A stretch of DNA of 64,000 nucleotides from Octopus vulgaris (GCA_951406725.2 OX597831.1:10664001-10728000), one strand, 5' to 3'; counted from the first letter of the stretch, positions 27,861-42,589 are shown. Notes: generated by a model from the letters alone, not told the origin. Made by a program: numbers and translations.

Positions 27861-29267
27861 TTTGTTGAAACATCGAAGAGTATTTCTTTACTAACACAAG
27901 ATTTCCGTTAATGAGGTGGTATACAGCAGGTAACGATGCTGGCTTTTAAATCCAATTCCTTAGAAATATAAGCAATAATCAAAACATGACCTCCTGTATT
28001 TTCATATTTATTACTACACCGTACAATGTGTCTTTCTATTTGTAATTCGATAAAGTGGACTGGAAATAGATTTGGCTGCTATTACTAAAAGCATTCAGTG
28101 ATGCAAAAGAGACACTCTAGTTTGTGCAAAGAATGAATTCTGTATTAATTTGTATTAATTCATGGTATTAATTTACAGGTAATTGGACTCGGCCATCGAT
28201 AGTTTAGTATTTATACAGGTATACATTGAGATTTATCGACAATGCAATAACAAAAATAATTGTTGATTTTTTTTCTCAGACTGTGTATTGGTAACAAAAC
28301 TGCATATCGACCTTATCACTTGCAATTCTATGGAGAAGTATTAACAAAAATCTGTTATTCTGTCTGCAACCATCGTGCATAATGTTCATTTCATTAAAAA
28401 GTAATATAAAACTATTGAGAAACACTTGTGCCTCTAAAGTTCAGTTATTCAAAAACGTTTTCAATCACGTCTCAGTCATCCAACCATTACCGTTTCCAAC
28501 GATATTCGTCATTGTAAGAAAGAAAAGGACTAAAAGTTCAAGCACACACACACACCCGCTTCCTCTTTCTCTGTATATTATTTTATTCTTTTATTTGTTT
28601 CGGTTATTTCATTGCGGCCATGCTGCAGCATCGCATTTAGTCGATGAAATCGACCCCATGACATATACTTTGTTTTTATTCTATCGGGTTCTTTTGCCGA
28701 ACTGCTTAGTTACGGGGACGTAAACACATCAGAAAGTACATCTACCCACTTCTAACTTAAATGAAATCTCACAAGTTATGAAAAAGTATTTTAATCAGCA
28801 ATGAGAAATAACGCTAAACTCAAGTTCTCATTGTTTGGCGAGATCTCATTCATAGAATAAAAAAGCACCTGAACTGTTTCGATTCCTAATAAATTTTGAC
28901 TTAATTTCAATAATTACACATACGTTTGGTGAGTGAAGAATTCAAAATTTGCAAAGTTATACGCAGTTTGACAAAAGCTATTTTAAATACGAACCGAAAT
29001 ATTACTATGCCTCCATCCGCTACACAATTATGGTTTTTCTCTACTGCCATTCTCGATGTCGCATACAATTTTTTTTCCGTTGACTTCACGCAAGAACACA
29101 ATATTATTTGGGAGTAAATGGAAAGTTGAGAAATGAAATTTCTTTCAAGTAACATGAATAATATTTTCTCCGTTGTGTGTCATGTCCATCATGCAGGACA
29201 TACGCGGTCACCTCCCGCTACAATTCTTTGTTCTTTGTTTCTCTAATGGTAACTAAATTTCCTCTAA

Positions 29268-29683
29268 GGCGACGAGCTGGCAGAAACGTTAGCACGCCGG
29301 GCAAAATGCGTAGCCGTATTTCGTCTGCCATTACGTTCTGAGTTCAAATTCCGCCGAGGTCGACTTTGCCTTTCATCCTTTCGGGGTCGATAAATTAAAT
29401 ACCAGTTACGCACTGGGGGCGATGTAATCGACTTAATACGTATGCCTGTCCTTGTTCGTCCCCTCTGTGTTTAGCCCCTTGTAGGTAGTAAAGAAATAGG
29501 TATTTCGTCTACCGCTACCTCCTGAGTTCAAATTCCGCCGAGGTCGACTTTACTTTTCATCCTTTCGGGGGCGATTAAATAAGTACCAGTTACGCACCGG
29601 GGTCGATATAATTTACTTAATCCGTTTGTCTGTCCTTGTTTTTCCCTTCTGTGTTTAGCCCTTTGTGGGTAGTAAAGAAATAA
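29268..29683 (+). mobile_element. SINE family A partial dimer
   Basis: Full unit, junction AAATAG|GTATTTCGTC at 29499/29500, then a headless unit. TSD GTAACTAAATTTC(29249-29261, 29684-29696). Confidence 0.9.
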
Positions 29684-30764
29684 GTAACTAAATTTCATCC
29701 GACACTTCAGCGATTCTTTCATTCCATTACTTATGTCAACTGAAAATCGAAGGCGAATATACAATCTTGAATTTGCCGGGGGATTACATGTTGTCGCTCA
29801 ACTTTCAATGATTTTCCATGTTGCTATCTTACGTAACTGCTTTCCGTTTGTGGTCAAGCTTTTCTCTAGCTGCAGGATTAATTTTTCTCCACAAGCTTCT
29901 TGACAGTTGTGTTCGGTGTCGATTAACGGGGATTCATTGTCAGATGGATATCTCTTATAGAGAAGGCTTTCGTATCTGTTAATGGTTGTGTTAGTAAGCA
30001 AGATTTGTATTCGCCGTTTCTATTGATGAATTTAATGTGACAAAAAGATTATAACACAATGCACGCACCTCCGATAATAAATTAAAGTCAGCAAACTAAA
30101 TACTTAAAGAAAAGATAAAACAAACAATTTTGATTCGTGAAATATATTTCGAAAAGCGATAAGATATATTTGTTACTTAAAGCAATGCTACAATATATTA
30201 GAAAAGAAAGAAACGCTTGTTATTGAATCAAAGCTAAAGTCGATTATTAATTGAATTAGAATTAACTTAGAATGCAGTAATGAAAGGTGACGAGTTGAGA
30301 TAAGGTGAACAGCGGGAAAAGTTAAGTCTATTATTTACATAGTAGACAAGATCTGAGTCGTAATCAAGTCATCATGTTGGCAAGAGTCAAAGAAGTTCTA
30401 GTAAACACAACCCTTTTATTTAAACATACTCTGTTACATCTTAATAGAAATTAATCTACCAGCGCGTCAAAGTTATTGCAATACGGCAAATCTAGCAAAA
30501 AGATATTTCTGCACGTGCTTGCCTATTATTTTCCTACAGCATAAAATCACTCAACATTATGTTTATCTCAACCTTTTTCTTTCTTTATTCTTTGGCTACC
30601 TGTATGAGTCTAATTAAAGTAACTGTGGTCATAAAATGCCACCTAGTTTTTTCGTAAATGAAAATGCTTTTCACTTCCAAGAGTATACATGAAATGTGTG
30701 TATTATAAGCAAAAGAGAGTTGCTATTACGAAGAGTTATCAGAAGTTCAAACATATATATTTTT

Positions 30765-30993
30765 TTTATTTATTACCCACAAGGGGCTAAACACAGAGGG
30801 GACAAACAAGGACAGACAAATGGATTAAGTCGATTACATCGACCCCAGTGCGTAACTAGTACTTAATCTATCGACCCCGACAGGATGAAAGGCAAAGTCG
30901 ACCTCGGCGGAATTTGAACTCAGAACGTAAAGGCAGACGAAATACGGCTACCCATTTCGCCCGGCGTGTGAACGTTTCTGCCAGCTCGCCGCC
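30765..30993 (-). mobile_element. SINE family A, full-length with TSD
   Basis: TCAGAAGTTCAAA(30739-30751)/TCAGAAGTACAAA(30995-31007). Confidence 0.9.
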
Positions 30994-31129
30994 CTCAGAA
31001 GTACAAATAGAATGTAGCTGTTATCCTATGAAAGCGAGATAGCAATGCTGTCATTTCCGATGAAATCTACAGTGCTGTTCAATGTTATGCCCAATATTTA
31101 AGGCCAGAAGTTGTTAGCCTGAGTCATAA

Positions 31130-31510
31130 CTAGCTACCTACCTACCTACCTACCTACATACATACATACATACATACATACATACATACAGACAGACAAA
31201 TAGATGGACAGAGAGAGATTGACAGGTAGACATGTAGGGAGGGGGGATTTAGGGAGGGATGTGTGTAGGTAGGCAGGTAGGTGGGTTTTGGATAGACGTA
31301 TGATTAAATTGATAGATAGATAGGTCGATATATAGTTCGATAGACAAAGAGATAGATAGATAGATACATAGATAGATAGATAGATATATAGATAGATAGA
31401 TAAGATAGACAGATTAGATAGATAGATCAGATAGATACATAGATAGATAAGATAGATAGATAGACAGACAGATGGAAACACAAACAGGAAGGTAGGTAAG
31501 TAGCAAGCTA
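31130..31510. repeat. Compound (CTAC)/(CATA)/(GATA) microsatellite
   Basis: Direct inspection. Confidence 0.9.
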
Positions 31511-31849
31511 GCTAACTGGGTGGATGTGGTGATAGATAATTAGAGAGAAAGATTGAAGGATTTTCTCGAAGAAATCGGCAACAGAACTTATTCTTTTTAA
31601 ATCTTACTATCTATTCTCGCGGTCTCCATTTGTCAACACACTAGATTACGGTGATGTAAACAAACCAACAGCCGTTGTCAAGATTTGGGAGGGCGATAAC
31701 AAATACACAAATACACAAGTATGCAGATTCCTGAGAGGATTCACAAGAATCCAGGTGCATTAACATGTAGGATGCTAGGAGTGGCAAAGGTATCACAACA
31801 GTGAGTTTACATTGTAGTCAAACAAACATTAGGTGTCGTGTGTTGGTAG

Positions 31850-32265
31850 TATACCTAATTCTTTACTACCCACAAGTGGCTAAACACAGAAGAGACAAAC
31901 AAGGACAGACAGACGGACTAAGCCGATTATATGGATCCCAGTGCGTAACTTGTACTTATTTAATCGACCCCGATAGGTTGAAATGCAAAGTTGACCTAGG
32001 CGGAATGTGAACTCAGAACGTAGCGGCAGACGAAATACCTATTTCTTTGCTACCCACGAGGGGCTAAACACAGAAGAGACAAACAAGGAGAGACAAACGG
32101 ATTAAGTCGATTACGTAGACCCCAGTGCGTAACTGGTACTTAATTTATCGACCCGGAAAGGATGAAAAGCAAAGTCGACCTCAGCCGAATTTGAACTCAG
32201 AACGTAGCTGCAGACGAATTACCGCTAAGCATTTCGCCCGGTGTGCTAACGTTTCTGCCAGCGCG
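31850..32265 (-). mobile_element. SINE family A partial dimer
   Basis: Junction GACGAAATAC|CTATTTCTTT at about 32038. Confidence 0.88.
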
Positions 32266-32682
32266 GTGCCTTGTTGGTTGTATACTGCTGGTATGTAGAT
32301 ATGTACGTAACAAATCCTCGTTGGTAGTATACCGCAGGTATGTAGATATGGACGTAACAAACGGTACATCCATATTACAGCATAGCTTAAATCATAAGAT
32401 ATTACATCATAACATATTACATCATAGCATAGACTCTCTATCTTCAGGTAAAACTTTAAACAGGTATAAAAATATGAGGTAAACCTTTGATGATGACCTA
32501 TCCCACAAATGGCGTGATATATAAGTATTATTCATTATGTTGTTTATCCGCTTGTTTAAAATTTTACCTGAAGATTGTGGAGTGATGCTGTGATTTGAGC
32601 TATGCCTACATCAATAAATAAAACTCTACCAAGACAACTGCGGTAAATTTTAAAATTTTAAACTCCATTTGTATTCTTCTTA

Positions 32683-32731
<49 letters not shown>

Positions 32732-32807
32732 TATACATATATACATATATATATATGCATATATATGTATGTCTATATATATATATATATACATATCTAT
32801 CTATCTA

Positions 32808-32857
<50 letters not shown>

Positions 32858-32900
32858 CATATATATACATATATACGTGCCTATCTATCTATGTATCTAG

Positions 32901-32937
<37 letters not shown>

Positions 32938-33193
32938 CATATATGTAAACATTACATACCCAAGTTGTTTTCATTTAAATATTAGTTTTCTTCAATTTGA
33001 TTTACAAATAACATATTCGGAAAATTTTTCTCCAATGTCAAAATTCACATAATCATGGAATAATTTGCAATCAAATAACACTATAATAAATTTCAAAGCC
33101 AGCTGCATGTGATTACACACACACGCACACACACACACACACATAGAGACACACACGCACTAATACACACACACACAAACACACATATATATA

Positions 33194-34365
33194 CACAGTC
33201 CTGACAAAAGTAAATAGACTCCTTCACACTCCTTAAAACTAATTTGTATGTGAAATATTTGGTAGACATGCCCTTTACGTTTTTCAGAGCAAAGATCGTA
33301 TTAGGCATGCTATTGATCGGATTAAGAAAATTCTGTTGAGGAATTTCTTGCCAAGTTTCATGCAGCAATCTCAAAAGATCTGGCTTTGAATATGCTTTCT
33401 TGCTTCTTTTTTATTCGTGAATTGTTCTGTTCATTATGACCCAGAGGTGTTCAATAGGGTTCATATCAGGTGACTGGCTTGGCAAATGAAAGATTTTTAA
33501 TGGCATTCTCTTCCAAGCAACCTTGGGCCCCTTTAGCCGTGTGACATGGGGCTCCATCTTCCATAAGTAAAGTGTCTTCTGTAATCATTTCACCACTGAT
33601 GAAGATCAGAAGGGTTCCTTTCTACAATATGGGCATATATTTATCTGAGGTTATGTTTCTCTGTTATGATCCTCCATTGTTCCAAACTACTTCCCAGATC
33701 ATCACAGTTGTTTGGCCCTTGTTGCCTGCATTCTTTTCACGTCACAGTCTCCAGACCCAAAATCGGCCACTGTCAGGAAATACAGCAAATCTGGATTCAT
33801 CAAAGAATATGACAGTGTCCGAAAATGCTAGTGGCCTCTCCACCATCTCACTAGCCCTATCAGTGCTTGGCTTGATATTGGCTTGATAGGGGCTTGATAG
33901 GGGCTTCCTTCTAGCTGCTTTGCCATAGTAGTCATGTTTGTCGAGATACCTGACAGCTGTTCTGAGATTCACCTCAACTTGTTCTGCTATATCAGATGCC
34001 TTGCAACGAAGATTATCCTCCACACTTCACTTAACAAAGCGAAAGACCCTGTCCGAGGGCCCTGTTCGACTTCGGCGAGGTAATGGCAGTTTCTTGCCCT
34101 CCCTGGTGAATTGCACAATGACTCTATTATAGGAGAAAACAGGATCCCATCGTTTTATATGATTTTACTCTATCTTCAGCTTGGCTCACAATACGGCCTC
34201 TTTAAAACTGGGACGGTTCTAAGCCTTTTTCTCTATGTAGCATGATTAAATAGTCACATATACAACTTGAAGCAAACATACGTCAATTAATAAAAAATAT
34301 AAACCCTTTCGAGTTAAAATATGCATAAAACGAGAGGGTATCTATTCACTTCTGTCGTGTCAGCG
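33194..34365 (-). mobile_element. Tc1-like DNA transposon with frameshifted transposase pseudogene
   Basis: Minus-strand fragments ARRKPL, VIFFDESRF, EDGAPCHTAK, SQSPDMNPIEHLW. Imperfect TIRs CACAGTCCTGACAAAAGTAAATAGA / CGCTGACACGACAGAAGTGAATAGA; TA flanks. Confidence 0.9.
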
Positions 34366-34754
34366 TATATATATATATATACAAACGAGTGTGAAATCTG
34401 AAATTTCAAAGAGAAAGTATAAATTCATCATATGAATTGACCATTCCATTGGCAATAAACCTTATGAATAAACATCGATATTAAATATATTAGATTAGTA
34501 TGATAACGTACCCCTTTTAATGTTAAATAGATGGCAAAATAAAAGCTTTTTTGGGATGAAATCATTTTGCTAAACCCATAAATGGTATTTATTAGATTAC
34601 ATAATCATTGATATCGCTTTCGTTTTTGGTTTACCTATTACGTATCCTATAACATTTATATCACTGTCAGTGTCATCATTTTCTTATTATTGCATTATTA
34701 ATTTAATAACATTCATAGATTTATTTTATTTAAGCACACACTTAGAACAAACAG

Positions 34755-36120
34755 ACTACGTGGCAAAAGTCTTGGGCCGATGCTATTTCGCTTATTCTCA
34801 AAGTAGGAACTACAAAAACAATTCTGTACTGTAATAAATATTATTACTTAATTCTTGTAACATTGATGCACCATAGTGTCGTTGCAAATGTATAAAGAAA
34901 ATTAGAGTATATGGCTCCTAATGCTTTATCATCCACGGGGTGGTTCTTGGCGTCCAATATAGCTTTGTAGTTCTACTACTGTTGCATTCTCCTATTAATC
35001 CAATATGCTTTTGGATACGAAATAAAAAAAAACAACAGAAATAATACTTAAATATCAACACAAGTCTGATGGTAGCATGATCGCTTTTGCTTCAATAGGA
35101 ACAGGTGTGACTGTGTGTTTAAGAAATCGCCTGAAAGTAAATGATTTGGGGTTCAATCCGATGCAGTAGCATAATGCGCAAGTGTCTTTTTTACAGCCCC
35201 TTAACACCCAATGACTTGCGAGAGAATTTGAAAGGTGGAAACAATATGAAAGCCTATCAGAAACGTGTGTGAGTATGTATTTATGTTTAGGTTTGTCATT
35301 CTACAACGCTTGGCAATCACTGTTGGCTTGTGAGTAACCGATGAAATAAATTCCAGATTAAACCAAATCTGTATTGGGGGTGATTTCTTCTACTAAAGCA
35401 GTTAAGTGGGTGCGCCCGCATGGTCGTAGTCCAGTGAATGGAACAAGTGAAATTACGATGAGGGTTAAGTTTTCGATTGCAAACAGTCATAAGGAAATCT
35501 TTTTACATGAAGAAAAGTATTGTAGCAGTGATTCAAAACCGAACCACTGGTAACCAGACGTACATCACAACCGAATTACAATAGTTTCAAGTGATCGGTC
35601 TATTAAACCAGCCAATTAACGTGAAGCTGTCGTGTGATTCGTGAAAGCGTTACCGACGGACAAAGTAACGTAATGACAAACAGAATTTTTATAAGATACC
35701 AAACAATAATGATGACCTATGAACACTACAATGAAAAGAAAATACCTCTCTGGAAAGTTCTGTTAGATCTAATTTTCATAGTAACTTTATGGAAATATTT
35801 ACAACGAATGTAAACTGGCAAGTAGCCTAAATTCAGAGCATTTGCGGAAATTTCACCAGCGTGCCTGTAATAACGCTCTACCAGATTATATTGCCAACTC
35901 ATTACTTAATATTCAAGACGGAATTTCTAGTATTGCATCAAATTCGGTCATAATAACTATTAAATGTAAAATCAATTAGGAATGAGACATTTGTCAAATA
36001 CGAGCATAAAATTACATAATTTATGTGAATATTTAAATATAATAAGCTTTTATTACACTTTATATATCGTATAGAAGAATTAGGAAAGTTTATACTTGCC
36101 TAAAAACTTTTACACTGTGG
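34755..36120 (-). mobile_element. Possible highly decayed Tc1-like element with a nested old SINE B (35100-35450)
   Basis: Loose TIR pair GGCAAAAGTCTTGGGC / (rc) GTAAAAGTTTTTAGGC; minus-strand KAILDAKN resembles the Tc1 C-terminal AVI.AKG motif. Confidence 0.3.
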
Positions 36121-36307
36121 TATATTTTGGACCCACAGACTGAAGATCGATTTCCAGAAAAGGCAGCCATTAAAGAAAATATACAAGTTTAAAGAATCCA
36201 TCTACTGAACAAAACATATTTAGTTACCAAAATATATATTCAGGTATTTTGGGAGCCCTTTATTCAACTATTTTGTTATATAAATGTTTTGTGATTTTCA
36301 ACTATTA

Positions 36308-37343
36308 CATCTACACGTTTTCGCTGTGGACATAATATAGCAGAATGATGAAAACGTTTAATTCGTTGCTTCTACGAGGCCAAGAATTCAGTCCCAATGC
36401 GTGGAATCTTGCAGAAATCTCGTTTCTTGTGACATGAGAATAAACCTTATGCTGGTTTCAAATTTTGAGACAAGGCAATCATGTACGGGGCTGGGGATTA
36501 ATCAATTATATCGATCCTAATACTCATATGGTATCTATTTTATCAATCGCAAAATGTTGAAAGGCAAAGTCGACCTCGGAGGAATTTGAACTAATAACGT
36601 AAAGATGAATGAAATGCTTATTTCTTTATTACCCACAAGGGGCTAAACATAGAGGAGAAAAACAAGGACAGACAAACGGATTAAATCGATTATATCGATC
36701 CCAGTGCGTAACTGGTACTTAATTTATCGACCCCGATAGGATGAAAGGCAAAGTCGATCTCGGTGGAATTTGAACTCACAACGTAACGGCAGACGAAATG
36801 CCGTTAGCATTTGGCCCGGCGTGCTAACGATTCTGCCATCCCGCCGCCTGAAAGATCGACAGAATCACATATTACGGGTGAGACTGGATAGACAAAATTT
36901 AACTAGAAACCCATTGGGCTGATTATACCTGTAATTAAAAAGGTACAGCCTTACCTCCAATACAACATGAGAATAACGTTAAAGGTTGCCCATGACCTTT
37001 GGAATACTCGGCCTATTATACATTATTTCAAGAGCAGGTAATTAAATTGATCAAACTACTGAATATGCACCGACGTAGAATAAAACCTCACGCATACTAA
37101 GCTTCACATTTTAATACTACATTATCCAATAAAGTCTTCATGTCATAAATAGAAGAGCTAGAACAAGAATTAAAAGACTTTCAGCTTTATTTGTTCGAGA
37201 TTGTATAATACTTAGAATATAAAATGAAAATAATAATTCGTATAAACTGACACCAATGGCCTATATATATACGCATATATACACATATATACAAACATAC
37301 GTACATATATATATACACACATACACACATACACACATATATA

Positions 37344-37389
<46 letters not shown>

Positions 37390-38813
37390 CATACATACAA
37401 ATATATTTGTGTACTTATGTGTGTACATAACGGGCCATTAGAGCAATTTTATGAACAGTTAATTTCTATTTTCATTTCATATGTTCCTGGGTATTTCTTC
37501 AAAATAAAACTGCAATCTACTTCTCGCTGCATATGTATCTAATGCCATGAAATATGATCAAAATTACAGAATATAACAGAATAGGTTGCCGGCAAGGTTC
37601 TGTTTACAACCAAACTAATTGCGAACACGGATTTCAAATAATTTCATATTCCCTACAGAGATAAAAATTTAAACTCAATCTTGCAGGAGCGAATTCTAAT
37701 GTAATATTAAATTGTACTACTTATACAAAGGAATGCTGAAAATTCCCTGGCTTTGAGTAAAAAGAAAATAGAGGAGACATCTACACGTTTTCGCTGTGGA
37801 CATAATATAGCAGAATGATGAAAACGTTTAATTCGTTGCTTCTACGAGGCCAAGAATTCAGTCCCAATGCGTGGAATCTTGCAGAAATCTCGTTTCTTGT
37901 GGCATGAGAATAAACCTTATGTTGGTTTCAAATTTTGAGACAAGGCAATCATGTACGGGGCTGGGGATTAATCAATTATATCGATCCTAATACTCATATG
38001 GTATCTATTTTATCAATCGCAAAATGTTGAAAGGCAAAGTCGACCTCGGAGGAATTTGAACTAATAACGTAAAGATGAATGAAATGCTTATTTCTTTATT
38101 ACCCACAAGGGGCTAAACATAGAGGAGAAAAACAAGGACAGACAAACGGATTAAATCGATTATATCGATCCCAGTGCGTAACTGGTACTTAATTTATCGA
38201 CCCCGATAGGATGAAAGGCAAAGTCGATCTCGGCGGAATTTGAACTCACAACGTAACGGCAGACGAAATGCCGTTAGCATTTGGCCCGGCGTGCTAACGA
38301 TTCTGCCATCCCGCCGCCTGAAAGATCGACAGAATCACATATTACGGGTGAGACTGGATAGACAAAATTTAACTAGAAACCCATTGGGCTGATTATACCT
38401 GTAATTAAAAAGGTACAGCCTTACCTCCAATACAACATGAGAATAACGTTAAAGGTTGCCCATGACCTTTGGAATACTCGGCCTATTATACATTATTTCA
38501 AGAGCAGGTAATTAAATTGATCAAACTACTGAATATGCACCGACGTAGAATAAAACCTCACGCATACTAAGCTTCACATTTTAATACTACATTATCCAAT
38601 AAAGTCTTCATGTCATAAATAGAAGAGCTAGAACAAGAATTAAAAGACTTTCAGCTTTATTTGTTCGAGATTGTATAATACTTAGAATATAAAATGAAAA
38701 TAATAATTCGTATAAACTGACACCAATGGCCTATATATACACGCATATATACACATATATACAAACATACGTACATATATATATACACACATACACACAT
38801 ACACACATATATA

Positions 38814-38859
<46 letters not shown>

Positions 38860-39247
38860 CATACATACAAATATATTTGTGTACTTATGTGTGTACATAA
38901 CGGGCCATTAGAGCAATTTTATGAACAGTTAATTTCTATTTTCATTTCATATGTTCCTGGGTATTTCTTCAAAATAAAACTGCAATCTACTTCTCGCTGC
39001 ATATGTATCTAATGCCATGAAATATGATCAAAATTACAGAATATAACAGAATAGGTTGCCGGCAAGGTTCTGTTTACAACCAAACTAATTGCGAACACGG
39101 ATTTCAAATAATTTCATATTCCCTACAGAGATAAAAATTTAAACTCAATCTTGCAGGAGCGAATTCTAATGTAATATTAAATTGTACTACTTATACAAAG
39201 GAATGCTGAAAATTCCCTGGCTTTGAGTAAAAAGAAAATAGAGGAGA
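36308..39247 (+). repeat. Near-perfect 1470-bp tandem duplication (36308-37777, 37778-39247)
   Basis: Base-for-base match at offset 1470; four substitutions seen (36432, 36452, 36764, 37270). Confidence 0.97.
36451..36849 (-). mobile_element. Composite SINE family A (young tail-A unit inside an old tail-B unit); duplicated at 37921-38319
   Basis: Junction GAAATGC|TTATTTCTTT at about 36617; the 36451-36615 unit is much more diverged. Confidence 0.85.
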
Positions 39248-39375
39248 ATCATTTAATTATGATTTTATTCAAGGTATTTCCCTCTCAGAATCACCAACTT
39301 ATTGCAGCGGTCCTTCACTTTCTCTAAGCCTTGTAAAAGATCTCCGAACGATGGACCTCTATCCAGGCCTTTGAG
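39193..39375 (-). mobile_element. Mariner 3' end (TIR plus transposase C-terminus)
   Basis: TACAAAGGAATGCTGAAAATTCCCTGGCTT is TIR-like; minus-strand KDRCNKLVILRGKYLE* resembles the mariner RW.KC....G.Y.E terminus. Confidence 0.65.
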
Positions 39376-39384
39376 TAGTTCTCA

Positions 39385-39545
39385 GGGAGATTCAGCGTGA
39401 GACAGAGTGTGACAAGTCTGGTCCTTTGAATTACGGATATAACTCATTTTTGCCAGATCAGTGCACTAGATCAACGTGAAATAAAGTGTCATGCCGGGAA
39501 TTGAACTTACGATCTTACAATCGTAAACCGAATACGTCTAACCCC
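39385..39545 (-). mobile_element. Old tRNA-derived SINE fragment (family E)
   Basis: AACTCATTTTTGCCAG..CAACGTGAAATAAAGTGTC body and GGGAATTGAAC (rc box B). Confidence 0.45.
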
Positions 39546-39691
39546 AATGTCACTCATCTAATGTCAAAAATAATGATTATGACCATAAATGCTTTAAATT
39601 CTGACACAGGGAAGAGTGGGCACAAACTGATTTTATGGACCCTGAACGAAGGATTCACAAAATCGGTCTCGGAGGTATTTAGACATCGAAA

Positions 39692-39912
39692 GGAGGCGAG
39701 CTGGCAGAAACGTTAACACGCAGGGCGAAATGCGTAGCCGTATTTCGTCTGCCGTTACGTTCTGAGTTCAAATTTCTCGAGGTCGAATTTGCCTTTCATC
39801 CTTTCGGGGTCGATTAAATAAGTACCAGTTACACACTGGGGCCGATATAATCGACTTGTCTGTCCTTGTTTGTCCTCTCTGTGTTTAGCACCTTGTGGGT
39901 AGTAAAGAAATA
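39692..39912 (+). mobile_element. Young SINE family A with 17-bp TSD, inside an old antisense copy
   Basis: GGTATTTAGACATCGAA at 39674-39690 and 39913-39929. Confidence 0.92.
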
Positions 39913-40304
39913 GGTATTTAGACATCGAACGTTAAGAGCCGGAATGAATGACGCAAAAACCTTTAGACGATGCACTTGCGATTCTTCGAGTTCACCGGCT
40001 GATTAGATCTACCACTAACAATAAATGGAATAAATAAGTTTCCTTTATTTTCGGTTTCGTAGAAGACAAGTGTCAGTTATACTATATAATCATGGAGATT
40101 TCTGGAACTTGATACGAATATTCTGTTAAAGAAGCACGGAAAAACCCCATGTTAATGAGGCAACAGCATTCTATTCAATATTTCACTTTTCTTTTATTCC
40201 TGAAAATATCAAGCAAAGACTCTCATAATAATTTCTATAATAAGGGGACGTTTGTATATTACTAACGCTCAACATAACCACATTCTCTATACATAGAATG
40301 ATAG

Positions 40305-40363
<59 letters not shown>

Positions 40364-40366
<3 letters not shown>

Positions 40367-40782
40367 AAAAATTAATTAACGATGGTGTTATTAATTCTAT
40401 TATTATCCAATGTAACTATTTTAAAAATGATAATAACAGAATCAGTGATACAGGTGATAGCAGGCCCAAAAATAGCATTAAATAGCTGAGAAGTTAAAAT
40501 TAATCAAAGGACATACTAGGTATGTCTACTTGCTTGAAATAACAGTCAAAACTCTTATTAAATCGCCAAAAATACACTGATGAAAACTACAGAAATCAAA
40601 CGAAGGCAAAATCAGGTTAGGACAATCTACTAACCTGCAGTTAAGTATTTGGACTCGCGTGGACCGGTTTCTGCATTAAGTCTGTCCTGAAATCACAACA
40701 GCCACCAGTGTAAAATAATCTCGATACAATCTACGAGAAAAATTATTCACCGAAAATTAATTTACGAAGGTGTCATTAATTT

Positions 40783-40785
<3 letters not shown>
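40364..40785 (-). mobile_element. (TA)n-embedded element with 37-bp terminal direct repeat, half hammerhead and tail motif
   Basis: Direct repeat 40364-40400/40749-40785; minus-strand GAAA-CCGG-T-C at 40671-40662; TTTGACTGTTATTTC at 40550-40536. Confidence 0.65.
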
Positions 40786-40851
<66 letters not shown>

Positions 40852-41126
40852 ATATATGTATATATATACACATAAACAGGGGTGGGGCAAAGTAGGTATA
40901 CGGTAAGTATAACAATGTTATAATATTTAATTCATTAATATTATTAGCGCGTTAAATCTGTTAACCTACGTTTTGATATTTTCAGTGTCATTAATCATAA
41001 TAATATATTTATCATTACTATGATAATCCTTTTTTTAATCGTAATTGTTAATATTTTTAATAAATAAAAATGAATATTGTACATATTTTCTGTTTTTATA
41101 TTTATATAACTTATATTTGCTCCAAA

Positions 41127-41173
<47 letters not shown>

Positions 41174-41579
41174 CATATATATGCACATATACATATATAT
41201 ATATATACATATACATACATGTAGATATATACATATATATATGCATAAATATATATATACACTATATACATATATACATATATATAAATAAATAAATATG
41301 TATATATATATTTACGTGTGTGTGTGTGTGTGTGAGCTTGTCAGGTAGTTACCATGTAATAAACCGGTTAAAGTAAAATTTATTTATTTATAAATTTATA
41401 TTCAAGGCAAGCGATTAAGTACATAGGCGAAGTGACATGCTGAAAGAAGACACCAAATCTCTCTAAGCTACCTTAAAATATCACACTAAACACGCACCGA
41501 ACTGGGGCAAACAAACGAAATAGATTCATGAAAAGATTAAGTACAAACGTGCAAACACACACACTTACATACGCATATA

Positions 41580-42016
41580 TTCTTTTCTTTTTTTACTTGT
41601 TTCAGCCATTGGATTGTGCCCATGATGGAGCACCGTCTTTAGTCGAACAAATTGAACACAGGACTTATTCTTTCTAAGCCTCAGATTTATTTCTATCGAT
41701 CGGTCTCTTTTGCCGAACCGCTAGATTTCGAGGATGTCTAAACACCAGCATCGGTTGTAAAGCGATGACGGTGATGGTGGGAGGGCGGCAAACACAGACA
41801 GACAGACAGATACACACACACATAAATATATATACATATATATATATATATATGATGGGCTTCTTTTAGTTTCCGTGTACTAAATCCACTCACAAGACTG
41901 TGGTCGACTGGAGGCTATAGTAGAATTCACTTACCTCAAGGTGCCACTCAGTGGGACTGAACCTGCAGCTATGTCTGGAGAAGCAGGCTTCTTCCCACAC
42001 AGCGACTCCTGCGCCT
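41580..42016 (-). mobile_element. SINE family B, full-length
   Basis: Reverse complement of the 15017-15643 landmarks. Confidence 0.85.
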
Positions 42017-42031
42017 ATATAATATATTATA

Positions 42032-42115
<84 letters not shown>

Positions 42116-42122
42116 CTATATA

Positions 42123-42161
<39 letters not shown>

Positions 42162-42203
42162 ACACACACATGTATGTACATACACACACACACACAAACA
42201 AAT

Positions 42204-42589
42204 ATATTCCTTTCAGCTCTAAGTACAAGACCCGAAATTTTGGAGTGGGGGCAGTCGATAAGATCGACACCAGTACGCAACTGGTAATTGATTTATCGAC
42301 CCCCGAAAGGATGAAAGGTAAAGTTGACCTCGGCGAAATTTGAACTCAGAACGTAGCGGCAGACGAAATACCTATTTATTTACTACTCACAAGGGGACAA
42401 ACAAGGACAGACAAACGGATTAAGTCGATTATATCGACCCCAGTGTCTTACTGGTACTTTATTTATCGACCCCGAAAGGATGAAAGGCAAAGTCGACCTC
42501 GGCGGAATTTGAACTCAGAACGTAGCGGCGGACGAAATACTGCTAAGCATTTCGACCGGCGTGCTAACGTTTCTGCCAGCTCGCTGCCT
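42204..42589 (-). mobile_element. SINE family A composite (tail-A unit plus headless tail-B unit)
   Basis: Junction GACGAAATAC|CTATTT at about 42371. Confidence 0.88.
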
